From the NCBI GenBank assembly GCA_965649765.1, contig OZ287748.1:10726001-10790000 (forward strand): a DNA stretch of 64,000 nt, given 5' to 3'. This document shows, piece after piece, positions 12,651-24,555 of this stretch. The stretch is from Bispira polyomma. Lineage: Eukaryota. The notes beneath the pieces were generated by a model that was not told the DNA's origin, did not search any database, and saw only the letters and a program-made list of their open reading frames with translations. The position numbers and the translations under genes are program-made. How positions within the stretch are numbered: the stretch's first letter is position 1; each line of letters opens with the position of its first letter.

Positions 12651-13858
12651 AGCGACGTTAACCTAAACTAAACTAAAATCTATTGGTAATACCTAAATAT
12701 AAAATCATATGGTTGCTGATCCACACAAAATCTTCATTCAATTATGATAGTTTTTTTTTATCTTCAAGTCTTATTCATTGATCAGTTAACCTATGTTTAC
12801 AGTAATAATGATGGAAGAACAAACTTGTGGTACCGCTTTTTCCTGGCAGGTAACACCCTTGTGAGTATTAGTGATTCTTATAATAATTATAGCTTGCATT
12901 TCTATTTAGTTAGTAAGAGTGAAACAGATAAGAGTTAAAAGTAAGATACCACGGTGTATAGGTTACTTATTCAGCCCACGATTCAACACTGCATAGAAAT
13001 AGAAACAAGACAATATATATTGATTATTCAGATTGATCCCAGCACGACACTGCACGATACTGCAATTGGCCTTGTATGAATAAAAAATACAACGTTATGA
13101 CATGTCGTGGGCGATCAGTAAAGCCCTTCACAGTGGACTTTTTTCAAACTTTTTGGATTCAGAACATTATTCTGTATTATGGGCTCATTCAAGCCCTCTG
13201 CCACAACCACAACAATACACACAACGGCTTCGTGTGGTGCATTTAAAATCTACATGCCATAGAGTACTCATCTACGACTTCTTTGATTTTGAAATACAAT
13301 CAACACTACTGTGCAACATATAAGTAGGTGGTTCGGCGAAGCTCTTTCTAGCTTGAACATTCAGGCCCCTTGAAATATCATGTTCTAGAAGACTGAATTG
13401 CTACATTATAGCTAAAGAAGTATCTTTATAAGCAGAATAACAGCAAATCAATAACACACACTCCAAAATACCTGTATTGTAATTAGTTATGAAGCCAAAT
13501 TCTGCATTTTAAATGTTTTTATTTTTCCAACAATTACTATTATCAAATTAACAACTCAAAGATAATAATAAATCATTAATTGGTAGTGCATTTACTAGCA
13601 TGCCATGCACTGCAAAATCAGAACAACTTTCACTGTGAAAAGTCTTGGTACTGATGTAACTGGTAGGAATTCATTACCCACCATTCAAAGAGATCATGTT
13701 TTCGCCCGTATATGTTGTTTTGGTTGACATGATTATGCAAAGTCATTATTAAGCCGATTTGGACCCAAGGTTATGGAGTGCTCGGACATGGGTCCAGAAA
13801 TAGAGCATTCAATTTGTCATTTAAGGAGTATTTTTTAACCTTATATTAGCAGCAAACA

Positions 13859-14068
13859 ACTGGTCTCTCACCTCTGGGTGGGGTGAGTTCAAATCCCGTT
13901 AATGCCTATGTGGGAAAGGTGGTAGTTCCTCACTGTGGGCCGCTGGTTTCTCTGCAGAACCTTGACCGACTGTATGCAGTGTTTCCTCCAGCGTTTCCAA
14001 CTACCCGTCCCAATATAACCTACTAAAAGGTACTAGAGTGGACGTTAAATATCCAAATTCAAATTCAA
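13859..14068 (+). mobile_element. 5'-truncated tRNA-derived SINE (family 1) with an 11-bp target-site duplication
   Basis: B-box GTTCAAATCC, body shared with 48616-48860, (AAATTC)n tail; AGCAGCAAACA at 13848-13858 and 14069-14079. Confidence 0.9.
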
Positions 14069-14203
14069 AGCAGCAAACATATCAGTTCGCTCTTACTGTG
14101 TACTTACCTTGTACTTCTGCAAAAATTACTGGGAAATGCTTTGTTCAAATAATGTATTCATATATTTGTTGATGTGCTATCAGATGGCCGACTATGAGAG
14201 GTC

Positions 14204-14783
14204 CAGGGTCTGTATTTACTAATATTCTTATATTTAGAATTATTCTTATACTTGTAATTATTCTTAGAAAACCCAGGATTTCTGAGAATAATTTTAAGTA
14301 GAAGGATTTTGGTATTCACTAAATTCTTATACTTATACATTTTCTAAGAATGAACTTTGATTCTAAGAAAAAGACATGGCATTCTTATGTATTTGATGAA
14401 TATTAATTTCATGAGCCATTTTGGTTTTTTAAAGCTGGAGTTGGATGTTTGTGTCACCTCCTCAAAGAATATTTTGGACCTATTTCAATAACATTCTTAC
14501 TCCTAAATTTCCTGTTATGCTTTGATATTTAAGAATAGTAAGTAGTAAATAGTAAGTATAATAATTTTGGTATTCATTAAAATCTTATTCTCCATATTTG
14601 GAGATGAGAGTATTGTAAACAGTAGTCACATAATAATCATAAAACATGAATTAATTCTTAGTTAAAAATTGCTTTGCGAACACCATTTCATTCTTAGAAT
14701 AAGAAAATTCTAGATAAAAAAATGTTCTAAGTTTAGGAATAATTCTTATTCTAAGTATAAGTATGTTAGTGAATACGACCCTG
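14204..14783. mobile_element. AT-rich MITE with about 37-bp TIRs starting CAGGG
   Basis: CAGGGTCTGTATTTACTAATATTCTTATATTTAGAAT versus the reverse complement of the right end, CAGGGTCGTATTCACTAACATACTTATACTTAGAAT; internal TTCTTA/TAAGAA subrepeats. Confidence 0.75.
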
Positions 14784-15701
14784 TAGCTGTTGTCCGTAGC
14801 TAAACCATCACTGCTCTTATTATATATGGGATGAATGGGCCATTTTACTGACCAACATATACTAAGTGGTTTAATTAACACATCTGCAAAATGCATAGAA
14901 TACTATAGTGGGCTATAGAAAGGTTAATTCATCCTGTGTAGCTTTCCACGTCCAATTTCATCGTCAAATCCGAACAATCTTGAAACAAGAATAGCCTTTA
15001 AAAAGGCATGTCCGAGGGAGGTGAAGGCTGTCTTTTATACACTTTTATACACTAACTCTTTTGCAAGCAAATATAAATGGTGTAACTGATCCTTATATAT
15101 ATACTAATATAAGTTAGTGGTCTGACGAAGTCAGTGGTTGGATAGACTTATATAATAAGTAAATTACTAACAGTATGTATATTATATTTTAACAGGAAAC
15201 AAAGTTTTACTGTTTGGGTATAAGGTCCTCTATAATGTCCTTTATCATTTCAGTTTTACACTTAAAACTATGAAGTCTAACTTTAAATTTATTAGCATAA
15301 ACTTAACTCCATATTTCAAGTTTAGGTTTAATAGTAAACTTAAACTAAAGTTTTACCAAACCTAAACTTAACTTTATCTTTTCTAAGTTTAGGCTTAAAC
15401 TCAAAATTTTATTTAAAATTTACAAAACTTAAACTTTAAGATTAATTGAAGTTAAGGTAACCTTATGTCCTCTTGTTGTTTTTATGCTAACTGTATATAC
15501 ATATTCTGGTAGTCATATCTTTATATATGAAGTAAACATTTTACCGTAATATTTTCCTCTTGTGTTCTAAAAAATATTTGCACTGCAACATTTCACATCT
15601 TGACTTTTACCCTGAGGAATTGTAATAGGGACGCCCACCTATCGGTCAATAAGACCGTTCTTTTTACTGATTCATCCTCAATCTTTATTGAAATGAATAC
15701 T

Positions 15702-15920
15702 GGTAGTTTACCGATTCACACTTGCCTTGTAAAGATAGTTCCCTGTAGTCGGCACTATTGTCTTATAATTTGGTATGAAGTAGATATGGAACTATGCCTG
15801 ATGTCATACCGGTAGTTTACCGATTCACACTTGCCTTGTAAAGATAGTTCCCTGTAGTCGGCACTATTGTCTTATAATTTGGTATGAAGTAGATATGGAA
15901 CTATGCCTGATGTCATACCG
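15702..15920. repeat. Perfect 109-bp tandem duplication
   Basis: GGTAGTTTACCGATTCACAC...GATGTCATACC starts at 15702 and again at 15811. Confidence 0.95.
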
Positions 15921-16422
15921 ACTAAAAATGTTATTATTGAAACAATATAATATGGTGTTTTGCAACTAACGCCAAACATAGCTCATGAGTTTAGTTGTGT
16001 CCAATAATAAAAATCAGACATATTGATTTCCCCAAAACACGGTTTTCTCAGAATTCACCAGGGTTTTCCAGGTGACGAATTTTTCAGATATGTGCAGTAT
16101 TTAGATTCTTTACTGTAATCATCATCATGGTGATAAATATTATGATTAACCGGATATATGTGGGCACGAGTTTTTTTTTTTATCAGGCTGTCAACTCTCG
16201 TCTGTGATTATGTAAATACTGGATAAGTGCGGAAATATTATTTAAGCTATATTTACTAATCACTTACACTTACTTTCCCAGTCAGAATTTCCTTTTTTAT
16301 CAAATCATTTTAGTTACAAAATTGTCAAGTCAAGTGAAACTTTCTGCATTAGATCCGCCCTCACCACTCCTTTTCCTTCCGTTTGTTTTAATTTTTGAAA
16401 AAGTGACAGTTAACAAATTTCG

Positions 16423-16605
16423 CTTGTCATTGATAAAGTCAGAGTGATCTATAAACTTGTCAGCGATCCTTGTTCAACTTTACCATGCTCTTGTCATTAA
16501 TTAAGTCAGAGCGATCTATGAGCTTGGCAGCAATCCTTGTCCAACTTTACCACGTTCTTGTCATTGATTAAGTCAGAGCGATCTATGAGTTTGTCTCCGA
16601 TCCTT
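16423..16605. repeat. Minisatellite, about 67-bp unit, about 2.7 copies
   Basis: CTTGTCATTGATAAAGTCAGAGTGATCTAT...GATCCTT repeated three times. Confidence 0.85.
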
Positions 16606-17199
16606 CAGAATTTCTTTAGACATTTACATAAGATTCAACACATATTTAAGTTAAATAAAGTATTAGAATATATCAATTAAGAACAGTTTTGATCATATCA
16701 ATTTGCCAGAAAACTTGTCCACACATGACACAATGGTTTTGCATCTGGATATCTCAGGTTTAGTATATGTTGTGCAGAAAACAGCAGGCTAATATTAAGT
16801 TGATGATAACATTCGCCCTCTCTAGCTCCGCAATGAGGTTTGTGTCCTGACTGTATATGGGACGTCTAAGTAGCTAGGGTTAAACCAGGGCCTCCTTCTT
16901 CCACACCTCTGCCAGAACTGAAGCTTAATATCCTAAATTCCAACAACTTATGAAAGTTTTTTTCCAGTCTATTTAGTCTATATTGAGTGAAATGAATGCA
17001 GAAACGTGTAAGATTCCTATATATATATTCCCAAGGATCATTTGTGATAGTTAGTGGCCATTAGTGACCATATGTATTGCTAATGAGACAATATGTCTTG
17101 ATGGAATGGTCAAGTTTATAAGGAGTTGATACAGCCTAGGATGCAAGATAGATTGTAATGGCAGAATCCAATGTATTTGCGCTACTACATGCATTGCAC

Positions 17200-17530
17200 A
17201 AACATGGCAAATCATTGGAAAATTTTGGATTTTTGAACATTTCTGCAATAGTCCGCGAAAAGTTCCTCACAGCAAGGGTGTCGTTTTAGGAATGCAAAGG
17301 AGACCATGCATCGCCAGTACAAGGATCGCATAAGTGGTTGAATAAGGATCACCCTATTTCCATGGACCTTGTACTATGTTCGCCTGGTGCACATTTATTT
17401 AGACCCCCATCGGAAACTATAAAGATAGCAAGTAATGCGTTTTCAAGGCTGTTCCAACTATCAAAAAATAATTGAAATACACTTACAAACTTTATCCTTC
17501 AGCGTGATAAGGTGATTTAGAAGTCATATA
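17200..17530 (+). mobile_element. Internal fragment of the DNA element also present at 55878-56568
   Basis: AGACCCCC...ATAAAGATAG...TCAAGGCTGTTCCAACTATCAAAAA...AACTTTATC...ATAAGGT...AGTCATA aligns with 56250-56380. Confidence 0.65.
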
Positions 17531-17761
17531 ATGTGAGATAATTTAACATTAAACCAGTTTGGTGAGAAGTATGTAACAAGCAAGTGACAGTATGGGAGAG
17601 TAGGTGACAATGTGTGACAGTATGTGGCAAACAAGTAACAGTACATGGCAGTATGTGTCGTTAGGTTTGCATCACATGAGAGAACATGTGACGTCATCTT
17701 GATATTTTTGTATAAGTCTGCTAAAAGTGATGAAGATTGTACATAATAAGTAAAACGTGTG

Positions 17762-18159
17762 TGAATTTGAATTTGGATATTTAACATCTGATAGCACATC
17801 AACAAATATATGAATACATTATTTGAACAAAGCATTTCCCAGTAATTTTTGCAGAAGTACAAGGTAAGTACACAGTAAGAGCGAACTGATATGTTTGCTG
17901 CTTTGAATTTGAATTTGGATATTTAACGTCCACTCTAGTACCTTTTAGTAGGTTATATTGGGACGGGTAGTTGGAAACGCTGGAGGAAACACTGCATACA
18001 GTTGGTCAAGGTTCTGCACTGAAACCAGCGGCCCACAGTAAGGAACTACCACCTTTCCCACATAGGCATCGACAGGATTCGAACTCACGGCGACGAGAGG
18101 TGAGAGACCAGTGATTGTGAAGCACAATGCTTGCTAACCACTAGGCCACTGCGGCCCCC
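17762..18159 (-). mobile_element. Full-length tRNA-derived SINE (family 1) carrying a captured 115-bp segment between two tails
   Basis: Minus strand GGGGGCCGCAGTGGCCTAGTGGTTAG (A-box) and GTTCGAATCC (B-box); tail GTTAAATATCCAAATTCAAATTC at both ~17904-17927 and 17763-17785. Confidence 0.88.
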
Positions 18160-18214
18160 GTGATACACGTGTGTCCATTTGTGTGAGGATTTGTCTGTAT
18201 ATGTCGGGATAAGT

Positions 18215-18500
18215 GTCATGCAGCATAGCAAATTAGGGTGTCAGAGTTTGGATCTAAAAGATCTGTGGCCTCGCTGTTGGCCTGGTGATTATACCATTGA
18301 ACAAGGTACTTTACACAAAGTTGTCTCTCTCTACCCAGGTGTCTAAATGAGTACATGACCTTTAATGGTTGTTAGTCTTTGTGCACTGTATGTGGCAGCA
18401 CGACTAGTGTGGTTCCTGAGGGAGCTGAGACTGAACTATAGGTTGACAATTAGACGAACCCAGGCTGGGGTAATAATGTCAAAGTGCATTAGATAATAGT
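18215..18500 (+). mobile_element. tRNA-derived SINE family 2 with a CORE-like central segment
   Basis: TTGAACAAGGTACTTTACAC...CTACCCAGGTGTCTAAATGAGTAC; homologous to 19875-20130. Confidence 0.7.
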
Positions 18501-19874
18501 GATGTTCATGACTGTGTTATATCAAATAATAATTATTAAAAATTATAATTATGTATGTGTCGTGTACATGACATATAGTGGTTTAAACGAGGTGTGTAGA
18601 TCGTTTCAGTTTATTTAATATCTTTTATTGGTAGTTATGTGAACTCTTGCCTAAAACGTGATCAGAAGGTAGTCCTGAAATGTGATGTTATCATTCTTTC
18701 AGTTCCACACTGAGACCTACGCTTAGTTGCTGAGAAGTGGATCTTCCTTTGCACATGGGGGAGAGTTTTATCAATTAAAAGTTTACACTTTTGATAAAAA
18801 AAAATTTTTTAATGTAGTGAGACTTGAGCAAGACTATAGTACTTAAAATAATAGCTGACAGAGATATTTATTCACATATCTGGTCTTGTTCAATCAGGTT
18901 TCGTATTTATTCATACACTTGTATCAAAGGCTCTTTCATCAACTAATATATATGATTTTGTCACACTCACAAGTAAAAAACTCATCGAGCAGTGAAGTAC
19001 GTTTCATGTAATATTGAACAAATATTTTATGTTTTAAATGTTTTCCATGTCTTGTAAGCCGTCATTGGCTGGATGTTAACATTGTATCTAGTTACTGAAA
19101 GTTTATTGTTAATTAAAAGATATACGATAATATTTGTCACATAAATAAAATATATTCTAATCCATTCTATAGCTCCTATGTATGGAAAAGCCAGTAGGTA
19201 TATTATGTTATTCAGGTGTACATTTATTTTTTAGTCCTTTAGTATGAACGATACTACAGCCTTAAGCAAGGATAGTGAACAGCTACTTGAGGGGAAAAAA
19301 CAACCACTTCAACATTATGCATACAATCAATTTGCATAAATAAAGCTCAATGTATTTTTTACTTCGATGAATCGTAGCAATTTTTCACTTCTATAGAGTG
19401 ATTCTATAAATTATCAATATCCCAAAAAGTCCGATAGGAGGAAAGGCTTGTGATCTTAGGACATATATCAAATATTAGTTGTTTTAATTCCTGAATACAC
19501 CTGACAGAATGGTCAAACATCCATTGGAAGCCAACTGTTAACATTTGTTAACATTATAATCAATTTTTCCTTATTTTCAAATCAGTGTACTTTTTCAAAC
19601 GTTTCTATATTTAGTTTTAAATATTCATATATATTGTGATAGTTTGTCTTTTTTTCATATAGTTTATGAATGCCATAAATAATTTTACATATTACTTGAC
19701 GCATGCATATAAATCATTAATCGAACAACTCGAAATGCTGGGTCCCATTGACTCTTATGGCCTATTATTATATGCACCATGTATCCACATAAAGCATATC
19801 AATGTTATAATTTATTATGTTAATTATTATGCAGCTCAGTACATACTCCACACTTCCTTACAAGCCTGATTGTG

Positions 19875-20130
19875 GTTTCTATGACCTTGCGGTTAGAGTG
19901 TCATACTTTGGATCTGAGGAATCTGAGGGTCCAAGTTGCATCCTTGCTACAGGCCTGGAGATTGTACCCTTGAACAAGTGCTTTACACAAAGTTATCCTC
20001 TCCACCCAGGTGTATAAATGGGTACCTGGCCATTGATGGGTGTTAGTCTGTGTGCGCAGTTTGTGGCAGCATGGCTAGTAGGGAGCTGAGACTGAACAAT
20101 TGGTTGACAAGTGGAAGGACCCAGGCTGGG
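19875..20130 (+). mobile_element. tRNA-derived SINE family 2, present only in the pseudogene copy of the TLR upstream region
   Basis: GCGGTTAGAGTG head and CCCTTGAACAAGTGCTTTACAC...CCACCCAGGTGTATAAATGGGTACC; not seen in the paralogous 26600-26770 region. Confidence 0.75.
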
Positions 20131-20400
20131 TTATGAAAATATTATTCTAAAAATGAAAGTGGGGTTTTTATATTTGCAAATCTACTTTCGGCAAGGGTGA
20201 CATTGTCCAATGTGTCCAAATCAGTTTATGTCAGACCCAGACTTCCACTATAGCATTTATTTGTTCATGGTCTAAAAATATGTATTTAGATACAGCACAC
20301 ACATACAGCAAAAAGTTCTCTCCTCTGTGTAGTTGTTTGTTGAGGTTTTAGGAAATACAGAATCACATTTGTCAGTCTGTAACGATTATCCATAATTAAA

Positions 20401-22608
20401 ATGGAATTGATAAACTTAATAATATTTGTATTTATCAGTTCAGCACATTTTTCAGTATTTTTTTTCAGAAAACCTAAAATACCAGCTGGTATTGTTTGGA
20501 AGAGTCAAACAAATGCCACACAGCATTTAGATGATCATTTGACCTTAGAGCAGTTAAAACATGCATGTTTTCCGCCAAGGGCCAGTGAATATGAAAGGGA
20601 GAAGGTCATGTATGTCACTTTGTTTGGAAATAAAGTGAAATAATTTCTCAATCACACCCAAAGACTCAAACATCACCAAACTGCACATTTCCATTAAGGG
20701 TGCCAATCCAGATGCAAGGGATAAGAATATTATAGATTTGAATAACTTGCAAGGCAGTGACATTGAGGAACTGTGGATAGTCCAGAGTGAAAATACTCCA
20801 TTGGAATATAGCCAGGTACATTACTTTAAAGTGAAGTTAGGTTTTAAAAAGTCACAGAAGCAAAACTCTTATGATCAAACACCATTGTGTCTTAGAAAGC
20901 TATATATACACATGACTTTGGATGAACCAGAATGGTTAGTAAAACTCATCCAGCAAACCAAGTATCTTAGCATTCTGAGTCTAGTTGGTACAGAAAGCTT
21001 GGGTGTCAATTCTGCTTTGAAGAAGATAATGGTGGCTTTGAAAGAGCTTGACCAATACTAATTGATTAACGAGTTTTATGAAGACCACATCAATACAACA
21101 CAGCTGTTTACTCCGCTTGAAAACTCTGCCGTGTAATGTCTTTCACTGAGACAAAATGGACTGAGGTCCATCACCCCCGGTATAACAAATATTTTCCTAA
21201 GTTTAAGGATTGTCGACCTCAGTTATAACTACCTTTTTAATGCAAATAATGGTGCAATGTTGTTAGAACTGCTGCCCATGAGCGAATCAATAGAATTGAT
21301 TAATTTATCAACACAGGGAGACTTCCAGACAGGAACACATGGTTAATATAAACATCATTCTTCTCAGTGGCTATCAATCCCGGACAAAATCAAGGAATGC
21401 TTTAAGATTTTCAACACCAACTTTATTAAAGCTTATAGTCGCTATGTACTAGAGTTTTTCCACAGTTGAGCGTACTTGATTTTTCAAACACAATTATCAG
21501 TGTCATTCCAAAGGATATTTTTTATAATTGCAGTTGTATAACACAAATAAACCTGGCACAAAATGATTTGAGATAAATTATGCTGGACATAAACAAGACG
21601 TCACCTGTGGAATATCTAAATCTTAGTTATAATCAAATTAGAACTCTCACAAAGCCATGAGAGAGACACTTCTGCAATTTGATCATCAACAAGGACTGGT
21701 GATAGACCTTTATCAGAATCAAATGGTATGCGATTGTACAGAAGATGCTTACAAGACTATAGAACAAATTCAACAATCTGAACAACACAATATAACGTTT
21801 TATCAAAGAGATAAATATGAATGTATTTACATGAATCACCCAAATCAGTTTCTAGTGGAGGTAAACTTGTTAGCCAAGCCACTATAAACTCCTTGCTTAT
21901 GTCAGTGTTTCACTATTAATTATTGTTTTAATGGCCATTACCTTGTGGCTTGTACATAAGTACAGGTACCACATCTACACTTGGTACTACAGGTGCAGGT
22001 ATAGTAAATATCGGAAAAGACGAAGCATGCCTGCCAATTACAAATACGATGCTTTCATCTTGTATTGTGCAGAAGATAGAGTTTGGGTGCATGATGTCTT
22101 AATGACGACATTACAAAATAAATATAGTTTTAAGCTGGTGATTCTCCTAAGGGACTTCCTAGTAGGAGAGCATATTGATGATGAAATTGTCCACCACATG
22201 GCTCTTAGCCCCACCAATATCAACATCATGAGTGATAATTCGGTGAAGAAACAATGGCCCAAATTTGAACTGAAAAGAGCATACACTGAGTCGCACACTG
22301 AGAACAAACCCTTGATTGTAGTGAAGTTTGGCCAGATTACTACACCAAAAGAGAAACTGTCAGGACTTGTACAGCAGATATTAGACAGCAAGGTATACAA
22401 TGAGTGGCCAGAGTTTTCTAAGAACAGTGGCAAGACGCTGAAAGCGGTATCAGTCGCAAGAAGGCAAAAATTATTTTGGGAAAAGCTAGCACAAGCTATC
22501 TACGAAAACAGTCAGCCACTGTGGGGATGTGAAAGATGTCAGAACAATGTAGAACCAGTTGATTTCAAAGATACGTTGTTAAATGATTCAGATGAAAATG
22601 ATAATTAA
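20401..22608 (+). pseudogene. Toll-like receptor pseudogene, paralog of 27160-29886; TIR-region ORF 21931-22608 still open
   Basis: In-frame TAA at 20641, ~21134, ~21344 and ~21574; frameshifts at ~20659, ~21045, ~21650 and ~21870; about 500-bp deletion at ~21435 relative to the intact copy. Confidence 0.92.
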
Positions 22609-23139
22609 TGTTTCATGTTATTATCATTAGTATTTTACGATGTAATGCTGCCCTATATATGGTCACATGCTTGTTATATTCTGAAACGATTCAAGAGTTC
22701 ACCTGAGAGTACATGGGCAGCTTGAGTTATGTCTATATGTTATAGTCCGGTAGGCATGCAGATCATGTAAACAGGTTAAAAGGTTAGCAATTAGACAGGT
22801 TTTAAAAATTTGAACTCTGTTTTTGTTATATAGTATATATGAGTCAGTTACTTGTTGGCAGTACAAAGGTACACATAAAATAAAATTAATAATGAAATTA
22901 TAAATCAAAAATAAATTAAAACTTGAATTGCTACATAACAAATGTGAACACAAAATAATAATAAAATGATTTTTTCTATCTGCGTACCTATTTATGTGTA
23001 TCTAGATTTTGTTTACACACATTGAGCTGTATGCCTGCTTACCTGTAGAAAACATTACTAATTTATTGAAGTTATTAATATCAGTTTTATTTACCCACAA
23101 TGTATGTCTAAATAAATATTAGATTAAAATTAAATCACC

Positions 23140-23800
23140 TGGATCTATAAATGGTAAAAAGTTATAAATATTTAGGGATTATCTTTGATGAGCACCTTAA
23201 CTATAAAGAATGTGCAAAAGTTGTCAACAGTTATATAAAAAACCAAATACTGTAATGTTGGCTTTAATATGTATACAAAGTTATGCAATACAGGTGTGAG
23301 ATCTATACTAGAGCATGGGGTTGCCATTTCGAGTAATAATGATAATTATAAACTATGTCAAAATGCACAAAACCGTGCAATTAGATATTTAGAATAGTGT
23401 AAAAAATCCACACAAACCAAAATTAAGAAATTATTTATAAAATTTAAGCAGAAGATAGAAACTAAACATTATCTACAGGTTGATAACATTAGATCAAAGA
23501 GGTCAATTTTTGGTCAACTGCACCTTGAGTTATTTCCCTTACCAGTTGAAACTGGTCGCTGTAATAATTATAGAGTTCCTGTTGGCAATTAATTTTATGT
23601 TAGTATGTTTAGGAGATATAATTAAGAATGACATACATTTCATTTGTAGCTGTGACAGTTATGAACGTAACCTGTTCTTTCGTGAAGTCAATAATAGTGT
23701 TAGAGGTTTCAATAACATTACAGAACATGAAAAGTTTATCAATGTTATGCAATTTAATGCTAAGCAATTGGCACAATTTGTAGAAAATATTTGAAAAAAA
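23140..23800 (+). mobile_element. Decayed non-LTR retrotransposon (LINE) ORF2 3' fragment
   Basis: Translates to YKYLGIIFDEHLNYK (RT thumb), AQNRAIRYL, PKLRNY, and a Cys/His-containing segment ...LVCL..NDIHFICSCDSY; many frameshifts. Confidence 0.8.
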
Positions 23801-24297
23801 AAATGTACATAGGAATACACAACTAGCTAAATAGTAATGATTTAGAGTGACTTAAAAGCCTAAATAAAGGTCTCGGTAATGATTGTTGTTTTGGTAAATT
23901 CATTAGATATCACTATAATAAATAAATCACTAAAAAATAATAAAATGTGCAAGCTAAAAATATGTACCAATTGAATTGAATAACTTTTTTTTCTATATTG
24001 AAAATTATTTTTTGGGAACCAGATCTGTCCAGAGATTTTTATAAAATTTTGTAAATTTAAAATTTGGCTTTTTCACATGGCTGACCCATGTGCTACCTTA
24101 GGGTTTGTCATTTAACCTAGCTTAGGGGCTGTAATGCTCAACCATATAAGACTGTGTTTACTTGAGCTAGATTGTAGTACAGCTACATCCACGATGTTAT
24201 AATGAGGGTATTCTTGCCCTAAAATGCACATTACTTTAAATTTAGGCAAGTCATTAAATTTAAAGTAAAAACCAGTTTACGATCTTGACTTCTCTTG

Positions 24298-24420
24298 ACG
24301 TCAGTTATACACTATATTTTACTAAGATGTGGTGTCAAGGCTTATGCCAAATATGTTATTTAACGTCAGTTATACACTATATTCTACTAAGATGTGGTGT
24401 CAAGGCTTATGCCAAATATT
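24298..24420. repeat. Tandem duplication, about 65-bp unit x2
   Basis: ACGTCAGTTATACACTATATT(T/C)TACTAAGATGTGGTGTCAAGGCTTATGCCAAATAT twice. Confidence 0.9.
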
Positions 24421-24459
24421 GCAATTATGTAAATAGTATGTATTGCACCATTTTGCGTA

Positions 24460-24555
24460 TCTTTTGCTTGCCCCTGGACTTTCCCTTTTTAGATATCAGC
24501 GCCTTAGAGGATGTTCATATCAATTTGGTTCTCTATACATGTTTCAGTTATTATA
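24460..24555 (+). repeat. Dispersed repeat (retroposon 3'-tail-like), second copy at 49027-49120
   Basis: CTTTTGCTTGCCCCTGGAC...GCCTTAGAGGATGTT...TCAATTTG is shared. Confidence 0.6.

Larger units (their letters stand above)
18680..22995 (+). repeat. Segmental duplication copy A (TLR unit with upstream and downstream flanks)
   Basis: Colinear similarity blocks 18690/24845, 19040/25310, 19480/25860, 20150/26765, the coding region, and 22945/29928. Confidence 0.9.
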
